Notes: a model not told the origin generated them from the letters alone. Positions 8,758 to 23,218 are shown, numbered from the stretch's first letter. The stretch: 34,231 bases of DNA from Catajapyx aquilonaris (GCA_000934665.2 JYFJ02004206.1:1-34231); one strand, 5' to 3'. Numbers and translations are program-made.

Positions 8758-11700
8758 TACCTGGGTGATTCTCCAAAAGCTTACAATTTTAAAGCAAAAA
8801 TTAATGACTTTCAAAAAAAATTAAAAAATGAGGAAAAGTTCACACTTACTCTACTATATGAGGTCACAAACAAGGGAAAAATAGGGGTACCTAACTCTCA
8901 TTCTAAAGTTGTTCCTCATAATATTACCAGTAGATCAAAAAGTCAAACTCAGTTTTTAAATATCCATCCCACAAGTAGTGATAACCTGGGCTCAAAAGTC
9001 GAGAATTTGCAATTTTTTTGTACTTGAAATGGCCACAGCAGGCACTAAAAAGCTGCTGGAATTTTAATATTAATATTAAACACTAACTTGTTGATGATAT
9101 CCAATTTTGTTGTCGCATCTTGTTCAAGAACTGTTTGAGAGCCAGAAGAAGGCCCTTCGGATGCATTAGGATTAATATCACGGTCCAGAACAAAATGTTG
9201 ACTCTGGAAATTTCTGTCAGGTGATGACATCCCTTGATGCCATGGAATCAGTTATTTCAAAACATTTGAGTTATTATGTGCCATAGAAAAGTGAGCCAGG
9301 AGTGTGACTGCTAAATGTGCTACATAACTGAATTTAATACTCCTAAAAAAAATAATTTAACCCACTAGGAGACGTACCTCTTGCAAAGCAATCTGTAGTT
9401 AAATGAAGGTGTCATTGAGAAGCAATGTTGCCAAATAACAGCATAAAAAATCCATTTGTTTCACTGCAAATTAAAAAAAAAAAATCATGATCCAGGAGAG
9501 AATAACATGAAAACTCGGAACACACTTTGGAGTGATGCAGCAAGGTCATGTCAAATTATTGGACATGTGACTGATGAAATGCCACGCGTGTTTTTCTGAG
9601 TGCATTTCCCAGAAAAACACATTCCATAGGCGCATTATACTGGCGTTTCTCTTTCATTTGATGTATATGTTGATTGGGTTTTGACCACTTGCAATACCCG
9701 AAAATATTATCCAAAAAAGGCCCAATTTTCCAAGTGTCGCGACCTTTTCCCTCCCCCGTGGTATTTCGCAATTTGGCTGAAACTTGATACGCTGTGTTAC
9801 GGCATGGGTGTGTACAGCTGTGACTATTTTCAGCAATATCCGAGATGGTCTAGCATCCCACTTGATCGGGAAAAACTGCAATATTTGAGGACGTTGGTTT
9901 TTTGACTGCCCCGAGGTCAAAAACAAGTCGAAGACAAAGTGAAAGTTCATTGTGAGTTGTTACGAGTGACCCAAAGGGACATGGAAATGGCTATGAATTT
10001 CCATGGACAAATATCATGTTAATAATAATAATCGTTTATTTTGGTCCATGGTAAAGTACACTCGAACACTGTGTGTGTGTTTGGCAGCAGAGGTCAACAG
10101 CCTTTCTCGCAACCAGGGCTGATGATGGGAGTGTCGTGCTGTGTGATGTCGGGGGAAACTTTGATGAGCAATAATAGTGAAACACGAATTGGACATGCTG
10201 CGTGAGTTGAGGTCGGCGCCTTTTTATTTACGGGTGTGTTTCCTGCTATAGCTCTCGCCTGATGTGCTGCAAGACCCCGACGTGATGGGGGCTGCCATTA
10301 TACGTACACACCCCCTCCGACACACCCACACACACCACTTCCTGATTTCGTGTTTGTGTGCACCCATCCACCCACAGCCCCCCCATATGATTGGCCAGAC
10401 ATCATTCACCAGATTGCTTCTCGCGGTATACCGGGTGAGCCAGAACTCCAGGCAATCCAACCGCCCTGTGGCCCAAATGCTATAGTCTATGGGGCGTAAA
10501 ATCTACGGCAGCAGGGTTTGTTACCTGCAGTGGTGACTCACCCTGTATAGTACATGCAGTAGCAGATCTGCTGACATGGGTTTATATGGCCCAGGTCAAG
10601 GATTTAGGGGGCGATTTATTTCGCCTCATTGGTCATTGCACTGCTGCTGCCTGTGTATACGTGTACCCCTTGTACACCCCTCTGCTGGCCCCGTCACTTC
10701 CTCTCCACTCCGGGAAAGTGACCAATAATCCTGTCGCTGAGAGAGAAAAGCGCGTGCAGGTCACAATCCAGCAGCTCGGAAAGGTCATCACCAGGAAACG
10801 GTTGCATGCCGGATTAACGCCCAGGTTTGCATCCGGTTTCCCCCCCCACAAGGTTGGTGGGGGTGTATAGGCCTCGCTGGACATCAGTCAACGAAATTAT
10901 CGTCAGATCAACCCCGAAACAACCCCACAAGGTCCTTGAAACCTTCGCCTGCTTGTCTCAAATGTTGGTCTGCTGTCACAAACCACGTCGCAGCAGGTTG
11001 TTACACTTTATTTATTCAGCAAAATGGGATCAATATTCACTGTATCACATACCCGTGGCCTGCACACCCGCACAGCGGAATTTATTGAAGCTGCATACTT
11101 AAAAAAAATTAAAATTAAAATTTGCCGACCGCACATTTTTGGACGTCATCGATTAAAGTCAGGCAACCTCGCAGAATTATTCGGATGGGATAAGCCCCAT
11201 GAATAGTCCCCTACACCATGTGGTGCCTACACGAAAACCATTCTTTCAGTGGTGTTGTATCATTCGGATTGTAAATGAGACCATGAATCTGCGTGTTGGT
11301 TTTAGTTTACGTCAGGCGATTTTAATTTCCGAGTTTCGCGATTTTTTACCTGAATTCTGCCCTTCACGTTCTGGATGATGGACTTGTGATTCGTTGAAGG
11401 GCCAAGTCCGGACTTATGACGGCTCTGCCTGTGTGCAGCGGACTTGCGAAGTAGTCATGTAGAAGTGTTGATGACAAAGTTCTTGATCGGTAGCTATACA
11501 CATTTCATCGTGGTTAAATGCCAAGGAAAGAAGAACGGCAGCCGGCCGGAACTCTTAATTGCTTATTTATTTGCGATGTGTGTAATGAGAGAACGGAATT
11601 AGCCGGACCGTCGTCTGCTATTAGAAAATGCCTCCTGTGCTCAGCGAGCGTTAAATAACCGTGCTGGTTATCAGATAGAGTAGTGCGCCGATGGCATTGA

Positions 11701-12612
11701 GATACGCTCATCGCTACTTCCTCCTTCAGAGGTGACTAATTACTCGGCTGCCTCGTCAGTCGCAGGAAGAGGAAGCAAGAGACAATACATGTACGTACCC
11801 GACGATGGGCAACTCGGATGTAATGAGGCTCACGTCAGATGCGGTAACCCTCTATTTTTGATCATTCTTTTTACGCAACATCCATTACCTTGAAAAAGGC
11901 TCGTGTATGCTATTTCGAGGAGTACCATATTCATCATCACCATCGACCCCAATTTTTGTGAGGTATATGGTGACGTGACTGTGCCACTGTGGTATAACCT
12001 TGTCTCCTTTGCCTCACTTTGGTTGTGGCAAGTGAATTGGTGGGTGGAGGTCCATTGTGTACACTCAAGTGTCGTCTCGGGGGGACAATGCCTGCAGGCA
12101 CCTTTGATGGCGGGGCATCGTCTATCACCAAATAAAGAGCAGGGTGGGGGGGGTTCCCCATAGGCGGTGATGGAGGTGGTGATATTGGTGTGCCTCTTCT
12201 ATATACACCACGCGGTGCCCTAGTTTTTCTTTAGAGGGGTTGGCCAGAAATAGACCTGTGGAGCACACGTAAGTGCATCGATCATCTTGTCTCTTCGCAT
12301 CCTGTGCCATGCATGGGCCGAGCAAGCCGACTTATTAGGGGGGGGGGTCTGTACCACACTTCAATATACACATTATGCACAAGTTTATACACACGAACCG
12401 AAAACGAGCAATAAAGAAACCGGTTGCTGCTCAAGGCGCGTGTCTTGGGCACAGATCATGGCCCGTTGCAAAGAGAAAAGAGAGTGAAAGTGTCAAAAAC
12501 GCGCAGTGGCAAAAATGATAATGGCAGGAAATGGCCATAAATCTCCGCAGTAAGCCGGGTTGGTTAGCGTGTCAACTGCACTGTGCAGCAGCCTCAGCGA
12601 TGTGTGCATATA

Positions 12613-13014
12613 CAGGGTGTCTCACTTCAGAGTTCAGACAAACTGGCTGGCCGTCAGAGGATCACTTTATGCTGCTGCAGTCGTTTGGTCTCCGAAGCCT
12701 CATTTCTCGGATAAATGGACTTCAAATACGGTTCCGTGCAGTATCCTGTGCGTCATGCAGCCCTCCAAGACACATCCTTTTTCATTTGAAATACTGGTGT
12801 TATTTATGCAATTTCTTCTTTTTTTTCGAGGCGATGTAAGTGTCGCAGGCTGTATCCGCGTCAGACGGGAGAAGGTACATGCCACTCTTTCACTATAATC
12901 GTGTCAATGACGAGGCTTCAGCAACCAAATGACACATAACTGTGCCAGTGATCCTATACGGTGCCCCCGACACCGACCTATAAAATCGCCTGGTTTATTA
13001 CATGAAACACCCTG
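12613..13014. mobile_element. Putative Tc1/mariner-type MITE
   Basis: ta|cagggtgtctca ... tgaaacaccctg|ta: 12-bp TIR with 1 mismatch and TA on both flanks. Confidence 0.55.
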
Positions 13015-15150
13015 TATGGTGCCATAAGAAAGGGCATGGTCGCCACAGCACAGCACGTCGCGGACAATGAGACCAAAAATGGCACAGTAGTCATGCATTT
13101 CGGTCACGTAGGCCCCCAACTATATCAAAACTGCACACACATACACTCCATACAAGGGCCTTTTTTTAAAACCTCTCTCTGTGTCGTTACTTCCTTTGTG
13201 CCGGCGCAGCGTCCCGTATAATCAGGCAGGGACACAAGCGCAGTATTCAATCTTTTCCAGCAAAAAAAAGATGGTACGCGTCCCTCCCTCCCAAGGTTCT
13301 TCTGTTTGTATTATTGTGACACTGGCTGCAACATCGCATTGTTCGCATTTTCCAAATTAGACATAACTGTCGATGCAAACTCGGGAGGACGTTTTTTCAT
13401 CCTTCACGAGAAAACACGTCACGGGACGTTGCTCCTCGCAATGTGTGATGCCGCAACAATTTGGATGCTCATGAATCACATATATATAACCATATCAAAG
13501 CAACTTCTCCGAAGGGAAATTCCAGGAGCGCGAATAATGTAATGTTACAGTAATTATATTACAGTGGTGGGGACGCGTCGTTTAAAACAAGGCCCCATCA
13601 CACTTTCACGAGTTCGCCTCCATGTTCACTACATTATATATTTTCGCGTCACACGTTGTCTTAATTGCACTAGATAAGACCGTTTCATGACGTCATATTC
13701 CCCGTTATTCTAGGGAGACACACATGGAAAACAAAGTTAGAAAGCAGACCGTTTATGATTCTGAGGGGGAAATTAGACTCGCCAGCTCACGCAAAACACA
13801 ATTTAGGCAGGTTTTGCAGCTCACGTCTGGACCCCCTTGGACACACTGTTGTCCAGTAAAACCGAATGTCATGTACTAGTTCAAATCAATCGGGTTATTT
13901 AAGAATATTTCGTATAAAGAACGCAAGAAATCTGCAACTGTATAGTAGATGTGTGCGTGACTAGTGCTCTACCTAATATCTTAACCAATTTTTTTTAACA
14001 TCATTTCCTATGAAACATTCATGAGCCATGTTACACCAGTAGTACTATCGGTGTGAACGGCAAGGAAACAAATATCGATATCCACTTTTGACACCAAGTT
14101 TTCGAGATAATGGAGAAAATTCTGAAGCCGAGTAGCTAGTGCCAGGAGGTTGGTTTTTAAAAATGAAAATAAAAAACAGCCGCGATTTTCTCATATCAGA
14201 TCGTCCGCACCGTTCTATCCAGCTACTTGAACCAGCAGAATACGAAAAATAGGTAAGTTAATTTTAAAATGCTTCGGAGATATAGCTACATTTTTTCCAT
14301 TCATCTCTTCACGCGCATCATTTTGCCCGATGTTTTTCCGCGTGTAATCTCGTACATGTACTACGATACGTATAATAGAATGTGATTAGCAGGCGTTTCA
14401 TGGTGCACGAAGATCATCACCTCGAGTGTTGAAGAGTGAAATAAAATGCGGGTACCAAAGCGGCGTGACCAACTTTGGATTTTTTTTTAAAATAAAAAAA
14501 GAGCGCTCATGAATCCCAGCAGCACCCGGCGCACCCAACGGCCAATTTGTCGAACAAATGGAGATGTATATGAATTTAGATATATGCAAGCGTGCGCTGC
14601 CGTCAGATACATGACAACGTACCGACCCAGCGTTGTGAAGGGACTTGTGCCGAAGAGGATATGACAAGTACAGAATTGTTCGATAGAGAAAAATGTGCTG
14701 AAATTGTGTGGTATACTGGAGTGGGTGGTGTAGTGTGTGTGTGTGGTGTGTGCTTGCGTGCGTGACCTGGAACCTGGCTGGGAGGATGGGCATATCTGTA
14801 GAGAAAGAGCAGGGACTGATAGGCAGGTGGGCATGTAGTCTACCGGCAGCCGAAGAGGAAAGCTGGTCGGTGGGACATGTTGTGCTGCCTCTGCGGTGGT
14901 TGATGCTGGCTGGTGTTGGCGCCGGCGCCTCGTCGCCACCCCCCTCCCTCCCTCCCTCTCTCCCCTCCCCCCATCTCTCTACCTGTGGAACCATCACACC
15001 AGCAGCAGCTCAGCAGTGACTGGCCCAGCACCTAGGACCAAGCAAGCAAGCAAGCAAAGCGAGCAAGTGTCGCGTGTTTCCCTGTTGTGTGATTCATGTG
15101 ACCGTGCCATTAGTATAAGCTAGTTGGATTGCTGGGCAACCACCACCATC

Positions 15151-15289
15151 ATGACGACAAGGAGGAGGATGGAACCTGCTGCTGCTGCTGCTTCTGGCGG
15201 AAGGAAGAGCACAGGCAGCACGCGACGCCCCTGCTGCTGCTACCTCCTGGCCTGCCTCCTCATCCTCATCAGCACCAACTCTTTTGTCG
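15151..15289 (+). CDS. Secreted/GPI-anchored Cys-rich protein, exon 1 (signal peptide)
   Basis: ATG at 15151 (second in-frame ATG at 15169), hydrophobic YLLACLLILISTNSFV, donor gtcg|gtgag in phase 1. Confidence 0.75.
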
Positions 15290-15629
15290 GTGAGAGTCTG
15301 AGAACTTTTCCTTTTCCCTCGACTTTACTGCCGGGTCAGGTCAGGAATCTTCCTCCTCCTCCTCCTCCCTGTGCAGCATTAGTGGCGGCAATGCATGGGA
15401 CGCTTTTTGACCAACCCATCCGGACCTTCTCTTTTCTGAAGAGTATTTTTGTACGGGAGAGACCATCGGCGGGCTCTGCTGCTGGCATGGTTAGATGCGA
15501 GTCACGGTTGTGCCGGAGAGATCTGCCCAGGTGCATGTGGTGTGCGCAGTGTGAGCGAGGTTGGGTTGGTCCGGCATGAGAGCGGAAAAGAAGGCGTGGA
15601 AAAGGAGGAGGTGGTGGAAGAGGAGAAGG

Positions 15630-15633
<4 letters not shown>

Positions 15634-15699
<66 letters not shown>
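15634..15699. repeat. (GA)n microsatellite
   Basis: About 33 perfect GA units near the start of intron 1. Confidence 0.98.
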
Positions 15700-15702
<3 letters not shown>

Positions 15703-16861
15703 CCGATTAGCCTATTTCCCCTGGGTCTTTCTTTCCCACCACACGGAACCAGTCAACTTGCTCTTTATACCACCTTATTCGCCCTTTCTCCTGTGCGCCT
15801 TTCCCTGGCTTTTGCTTCCGACTTGTCGCAACAATTTAGCACCAGATATCTCCCATTTTTCCGTTCGACTTCACCTCTGCCTCGGTTCACTTTTTCCTAA
15901 AGCCAATCAACCTCCGCGTGAACCTCCTCTTCTTTTATTACCTGATTCGCCACAGTCACGCCGTTCATCTGACATTGTTGCTGAAGGAGGCGCGGTTTGG
16001 TTGGCGTGTTTAAGCAGCATGTATATTGGACTCTGCTCTTCCTATCTCCTGTATAGGCCTAATACCCCCCCTTCATCCGGTCGGTTCTGCAATGCTGCCT
16101 TCCCCCCCCCCCCTCCTTTTCCACTTTCTCCGAATTTATTAGCCTATTTTAGAAAGAGTCCCTCCGCCCATCATCGCATCGCCAACAGAACCCAACCATG
16201 CATGAATATCATTACAATATATTGTTGTCGCATATCCTGTGTCCGGTTATATTCGGGATCGGAAGCCGGAGGAATCTGGGTCGCAAGATCCAACCTTGTC
16301 ACTCGCTATTACCATTCCAGCGGTCATGTAGCCCACACGCACGTCAGCGACGGATGTGTACAGTACACTGCTGCGTAATTATAATATGCAAATTGTGCGC
16401 CACAGGAATATTCGAATATACGGCGTTGGCTACGAAAAATTCTGGACTCCCAGTGATCTAATTTTGTCCAATTGCAAAGAACATTTTCTATAGTCCTATT
16501 CTTCACTTAGTTGTAAGTGCACGTGCCATTTGTAAAAATTCTGACAATTGACATTGTCCGCTCGATTCTGGCTGAACGATTACAATTAAGTATGATAGTG
16601 TACTTTTCGATGCAATACATAATTCTTTTTAAGTTTCATTCTAAAAAAGATCAAATTAAAAAAACCTTTTCTAAGCCGCCATTTTTTCCAAATTGCGGCC
16701 ACTTCCGATCTCAGTTCGAGGTGGCACTACATCACATTTTGATCAACATATTTTTAGTGAACGAAAGTGACAAACTTGACTCTTCTGTCACAAACTGAGC
16801 GTTTTTTGACTGTTGCTGTCCTGCTAAGGATGAAGGAGGTTGAAGTCATATCAATATGCAT

Positions 16862-17207
16862 CAGTAGAACCCCGATTATTATTATTATCCTATACTCATC
16901 GGTTTATCCGACGGTCCCGCTCCGGCAATAAATCTATGTTTTCTCATGAATATTGTAATGCTCTATACGCATTCATTGTCTGTTTCGCCTTAGTTAAATT
17001 GTAAATACAGTACAGTAGAGTGTGTGTGTAAAAGAAAAATACTCCACTATATTTCTTAGAAAACCATATCATTGTACTGTACGTTAAATGATGTTTTTAT
17101 GTTTTTTGTTGTGTTTCATGAAAGTTTTATTCCTCGGATTATCCGACCTTTCCGGTTATCCGACGATGGCCCAGTCCCGTGCGTGACGGATAATCGGGGT
17201 TCTATTG
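16862..17207. mobile_element. Tc1/mariner (pogo-like) MITE
   Basis: 18-bp TIR cagtagaaccccgattat / ataatcggggttctattg (1 mismatch), internal ttatccgac repeats near both ends, TA on the right flank. Confidence 0.75.
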
Positions 17208-17225
17208 TATATAATACAGTGTGTA

Positions 17226-17468
17226 GGGAGCCGGAGTGGCGCTGCGGTAACGTATGCGCCTACGGATGGAAGGGTCCCGGGTTCGATCCCAAGCCTGGGC
17301 ATTCCGGGAACCCAACTCTGCACGAGATGGGGGGAATGCCCTTCCCCCCTTCATCTCGTGCAGAGTTGGGTCGTCTCTGGCTTTGTCTCGGGTGGAATTT
17401 CCACTAGACTAATCCACCCGGGGGAGTTCACAAAATGTGCAGTTTGACATTGCACTTGCACTTTGCAC
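17226..17468 (+). mobile_element. tRNA-derived SINE with internal hairpin
   Basis: A-box-like gtggcgctgcggtaa, B box gggttcgatccc, a 20-bp stem at 17310-17329/17352-17371 and a (ttgcac)-like tandem tail. No TSD recognised. Confidence 0.7.
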
Positions 17469-18521
17469 ATCCCCTCCCAGTCACCCTGCCCTTGGACCAG
17501 GGCGATTCGTAAAAAAAAAAAAAAGTTCCAGTCTGAAGAGGTATAATAAAAAAGTTCCCCCAAAAGGGCTTATAATCTATATGGCTCAGCACTGGGTAAC
17601 ACAAATAAAACAAATAAAAAATTTAAAATATATATAATGTATGTGCCAGGAAGTATTCCAGAGCATCTCGAAGGTGCGTGTCCCAAGTGCCGATTACGAT
17701 TTTCAGTTCCATCAATTCAGTTAATCTACTTTGGATCACTACAGTGACGGGGTGTGTAAATAGGTCATACAGATTGATTTTTAAATCATTCGAAATTGTG
17801 ACGTCGTGTGAATTTCACGTTTCAGCTCAATCGAATGAAATCAACGATTTATAGTTGTTTAAAAATATCCATACTGTACTTATTGTGGGTAAACGGGGAG
17901 AAGGCACGGGAACATTGTCTGGTGGTAAAGAGTAACAAAGTCGAAAAACAAGGTTATACTTAATAGACAGTAGCCTACGTGCAAGGAATTTTTAGAGGGG
18001 TGCTAAATCTACTCTTGCTATTAGCGTCACATGGAAAACTTAATAAGTTATTGCTCTTCTCATAATAATGTGATTTCAGCTCCGTTTTGAAAGTTTTTAA
18101 AATAATCTTTCTAGCAAATGACGAAAAAGGACGGTTGAGAACGTTTTACACCCAAAGTTGAATTATCTTAAGAAGGCCAAATAAAAGTAAAAAGTGGAGA
18201 ACTTTTTCTCTCCAGCACGTGGTGGTGGTAGTTATACACTCAGCGGGCATGGAGTGATGTCAGTTTGTCGACGTGTATGTCTGACAGCGATTTAAATTGC
18301 CAAAATTGCGGTTGACCAGATCCCCCCCATCTATATGCGCGGCATGGGGCCGTTTTAATAATTTTGTGGTCGGCGATTGGCCCAATAATGAGTGCTCTGC
18401 TTCTTCTCGACGAGGGGTGAGGTGGGGGTGAAAGGGGTGGTGGAGAGAGATGGCGTGACCAGGTATGCCGAGAAAATGACAGCAAATGAGAGGGTTCATC
18501 TGGACCTCGTTTCCTCCTCCA

Positions 18522-18573
18522 CCCCCCCNCCCCCCCCCCCCCCCCCCCCACCACCACCACCACCACCACCACC
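18522..18573. repeat. poly-C / (CCA)n tract (contains an N)
   Basis: Seen directly in the sequence. Confidence 0.95.
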
Positions 18574-21500
18574 AGTCAAATCAAACAACCCGAACCTTTC
18601 GCAATGCATTTCCTCCCAGAATTTCACTGCTGCATCGATTCTCATTCCGTATATCATACGCCAAAAAGGCAAATGCGATTCCTCCTTGTTGACTGGGGCA
18701 GCGCGCCACCCTGTGTTTTTGGATGGAGAAATGGGGTTGGTTGCATGTCGCCCGATGCGATGCATGGCGGCAGTTATATAGCATCATCTAATGTAGGTTA
18801 TCGTAGATCAGGGTTAGGGATGGCAGGGACGAGCACATAATTACCCATCCAACCCCCCCGGGCCATTTCTTTCCTTCGGGGGCGAATCTAGTCCCATCAT
18901 ATAATGTAGGTCTAGTTGGGAAGAAGGGGGCATATAGGGAGAGGAAAAGGGGGGGTATACTGTGCGCATAACAATGGTGTTTTAAATGATAATCGATAGA
19001 AGCGGCTAATCGCTTCGTGACTCGTTAACCAGAAGAGAATAAGAAAAAGCAGCAGTGCGAGCGCAGCAGTCCGATGGGGTGTGGGGTGGAAGGAGGGTGG
19101 AATGATGGGGGTCGGGGGCCAGTCACCGCCGTCTCCACGGGGATAATTTCCATATTTTCCCACCCAATTTCCCCCGCTGTCCATTCAACGAGAGAAACAG
19201 AGAGAACGACGCACCTTCGTTATATATATATTCCCCCAGTTGCATCCTCTATCTTAGACCAGCTATACAGTATATACTCGTGATTGCGTCATCATTTTAT
19301 GCACCCCCTTCCTTTCTTACCTTTACCTATCAGTATATATATATATGGTATGGCCCCCCACGGATAATTTGGCTGAAATGCCATGCCATGATGTGGCTTC
19401 CGCTCATTTGTCTGCAGGACTCACGTCATCCATCTCGATCCTCCGTCGGAGACCTCAGTTTAATATCGCAAAGAGATACAACCGCAGAAATATCGCTGGA
19501 GCTGGCCTTTGTCATCACAAGTGCATGCCCTCATTTTTATCTGACTCTGTTTTTTCACTTGTCGCTTTCAGTAACCTCGGCTCTTATTGCTAATGGATAT
19601 ATTATTGTAGACTATACGCATAACTCCACGGCATGTGCTGTAATTCCCGGAAGGGGACCAAAAGGGAAAAAAAGGACGCAGCCCAGAGAGGGCGCAAACC
19701 AGCCGGAAAAGAAACGAAGCAAAGTCAGACGAACAGATGGGCACAGATGCACCAAACGGGGGACAAGACGGGAGACCGATGAACAACACAACGGAGGAGG
19801 CCGACAAACACAGGTGTTTTGCAATGATTCAGGCACAGCTGTATACTGTATTGGGTGAACTCGTGGGCGGGATAATATCATTTCCACCATCCCAATCGCA
19901 CTTTTTATAATCTCCTGCTGGGGCCGGTTTCCCAGAAATAGTGTGTAACTCTTCGCAATTTTTTGGTGTACTGTAATTTGAGCCTCGAGCAATATAGTTG
20001 CCCAATAGAGCCCATAAATGCTGTGCAATCAAAAATAGTCGCAGATAGCTGCAATTTTTTGTTAATCTAGCTTTTGCTGCCCGGAAAAAGTGACTGACTT
20101 GATGGGAAAAGCTGGCCCAATCATTAAGAAACATCATCCAGTGGGCCACGTGGAAGTGCGTGTGACATTTAGTGTCCACCCGCTAACTACGAAGATAACT
20201 GATCATTCATTCTTCAAGCACAGTATAAACCCTTTATTGCGGAGTTTCTCCGCTCTGCACAGGTTTCCGTCACATGGGCATAAATGCATTGAAAATTATC
20301 CCCAATGAAAAGTTTGCATTTCATCTCGCGTTCACTGTATAGTAGATGTTGAGAGCACACACTCAGAACCGTACAGTACGTAATATCAAGTTCTCAGATG
20401 AATCATCATGGAGGGTTTTCGGAATCGCTACAAAGCGCATCACTGTAGGACATTACGCCCGAATTATCGCCCTGAAAAACTAAGTAAAAATAAACTCTCA
20501 TCCCTAATCTCCTTGCCGTGTTTAATGGTTGAGTGCATCTGCAGCAACTTGGGGCGTGTTTCATGAAAGTGGATTTGGGGTGTGGCCACTCGAGTGTGGC
20601 CAGAAGTAGACACTTGTCTTGGGAGAAGCAGGCAGGATAAGCAATAAGGAGAGAGGAAGGGTGGGGGACACAAACCCAGCGCATCACTTTTTTATGCACA
20701 CCCCAGCGACCACTTCTTCTTGTGATCTCGACTCAGGCGAGGGGACCCCACCCGAAGAAAGTGGGAAGCAGTGGGAAGCACCTGAACCAATTAAATGCCC
20801 CGGATCAAATTACGCCAGCAGCATGATTGCATCACTCTCAGCAGAATCATCATCATCATCTGGCCGAACAACCCCAAGCATCTGATGCTCGGCCATCACG
20901 CGGATCATCGCAATATATTCCTCACTCTATTTCCCTTCTTACAATGCAATGGCTAGAACGCCTCTTCTTGGATCATATAGCTAATTACTGCATACCAATT
21001 AGACATGTTGACGTAATCGCAATTTTCTGGGCACGGTAACGTGTTACATTGCAGTGATGTGATTCTTAAAGAGTTAGGTGCATCGTGCATGCACAAGATG
21101 TTGCTAGGTGTTCAGTCGTGTCCCCAATGAATTGAAGAGGAAGGTATAGAGGAAGAAGATATTCCCCAGCAACCAGTAATTAATTAAGTTTGCAATGATT
21201 GTATATGGGCCGTATTAACTTGGAATGTAATAATTGTTGGTTTGCTGGAGGTAAACCATCTTTACAATCTCTCCCCTCCCCTCCCCCCCCCACTCCCGCC
21301 ACCCTGCTGCCTCGTCTCTCTTCACCTGTGGACTAGGGGCAGTGCACCACCCTGCAGGTTGTAAATAGGTGTGGCGTCATGCACGTCGCAATGTGTGAGT
21401 CAGTCGCCCAGCAGTCCTGGTGTGCTTGCTTGCTGATGCCACTGGAGATGGGCAGAATGTGTGCTGCAGCTGGGGAGGGTGGGGTATACTGGGGGGGGGG

Positions 21501-22081
21501 GGGTCACCGGAGCGCGGTTCCTGAAACCACCGGTGAAAGGGGACATGAGTACCACCACCAATCAGCACTTGTTGGGCAGGCAGGAAAGGAGGAAGGAAGG
21601 AAGGAAGGAAGGAAGCTGATTCCAATAGTAGTGGTGGTTGCATGGGGGAGGAGGACTCTTTATATTTCCATGCTGTGCACTCTGCTATGTCGGAGACAGT
21701 CACGCCGACGCAAACCATGCGTGGTTGCAATTTAAAATACTCTCTTTTTTCGTTATTTTGGGCAGAAAAAGAGAGAGCTTTTTCCAGCAGAAAAATAGCG
21801 TCTCTCCATCTCATGCGACCAATCGGAAGGAGCATCATCTCTGGTGATGCTTACATAGTTACATCCTAATTGCGCAACGGGGCGTCACACTCATTCACAC
21901 ACTCACACACTCACCCTCGTCGCATGAGCCAGTGTTCTGTCTCCCTTCTTGTAAGCTATATACCCTCTGTGAATTACATATGCGGTTGAAGAACATGGAA
22001 ATAGTCGCAGGAGATTCTCCCTCACATTCACGAGGGTAACGAATCTCAAATGGACCCCTATACTTGGAGCCATGACTATTA

Positions 22082-22320
22082 AGGTCGCTTCACAAACTCG
22101 GCGTTGCGAAAGCGGGGCGAAATGCCCGTTTTACAAACCCGGATTTGCGCGAGCGGGGCGTGCGGAGAGCGGAAAATTTGCGAAGGGCTATTCACAAATG
22201 CTGCGTGCGATGACCGAGCGCGGGCGTTGCGCTGGCGTCCAATCGGGTGGACTTTCTGCGTGCGATGAGCGGAAGGCCCACACGCCACGCTTTCGCAACG
22301 CCGAGTTTGTGAAGCGGCCT
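22082..22320. mobile_element. PIF/Harbinger (Tourist-like) MITE
   Basis: 38-bp TIR aggtcgcttcacaaactcggcgttgcgaaagcggggcg / cgccacgctttcgcaacgccgagtttgtgaagcggcct (2 mismatches), TTA on both flanks (22079-81, 22321-23). Confidence 0.85.
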
Positions 22321-23073
22321 TTACCAAGTTATATCAGTTACGCCGTTACGGCATTTCTACCTTGTAGATATATTCGCAATGAACCCAAGTCCCTAGAGGA
22401 AGAGCAGGTGTCTCGGATCACCCTGTAAGTTTTGCGCTGATGCCCTCAAATCTGCTGTGACTCCGAAGAAGGGAGGGGGGGGGGGGACCCTGTATAAGTC
22501 GCGCATTATAAACGCACCAACATTTCCAGGAAACTCGAATCCCGTGCGCTGATTTTAAAAAAAACAACAACAACAAAACAAAAGTTTGGCCAAGTTGTAT
22601 AAATGCAGGGGATCGGCGGAAGGTGGGATTGGGGATTGGGAGGGCAAAAAGGAAGTCCTGAAATAAAACCCCCCTTCCTCCTCCCCCGCCCTTCCCTCCC
22701 ATCGGAGCACTATAGTGGCCCAACAGCGCCCAGGTAATTTATGCCCATGCAACCACCGCTTCCTGATTCCTCCACAGAGCAAGAACCTCTCCCTCTCCCT
22801 CCCTCCCTCTCCCCCCCTCTCCCTGTTTTCCCTCGGAAGAGTTTGACTGATCCTTTTCTGGAAAGTGCTCGGAAAGTTTGTGCCACTAAATATTACCATG
22901 CACACACATAAAAGTCAGGCGACAAGACCTGGGCAGTGACCCAGACATAAGAGATGGCCAGATTACATAACTTTGACTGCATGCAGCGCCATCAGGTATA
23001 GACACCGTAGATGGATGGAATAGCAGCAGACTCTGATGATCATGTTTCGCCCCCTTTTCTTTCCACTGGACAG

Positions 23074-23218
23074 GTGCAGAGGGCAGCCTGGTGGGGTCAT
23101 CGGGCGACCCTTGCTCCCTAAACGAGAGGCGTCGGTGCATGCAGATGGCCGACCCAATCCTCAGGGACCCAAAGTACGTCTTCCCTTCCACCAAGGCAGA
23201 CATCAACAACTGCTGCAG
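23074..23218 (+). CDS. Cys-rich protein exon 2 (GAEGSLVGSSGDPCSLNERRRCMQMADPILRDPKYVFPSTKADINNCC)
   Basis: Acceptor ttttctttccactggacag|gt, donor gcag|gtacgt; phases 1/2 fit the neighbouring exons. Confidence 0.85.

Noticed and set aside
8760..10545. Possible mariner-type element bounded by ta|cctgggtgatt and actcaccctg|ta
   Set aside because: The ends match too poorly to define one element, and there is no transposase remnant.
15449..16378. 309-aa ORF with (RE)n
   Set aside because: Runs through a (GA)n microsatellite and low-complexity intronic sequence.
17226..17300. Possible tRNA gene
   Set aside because: A/B boxes are present but I could not fold a convincing cloverleaf. It continues into a SINE-like body and tail.
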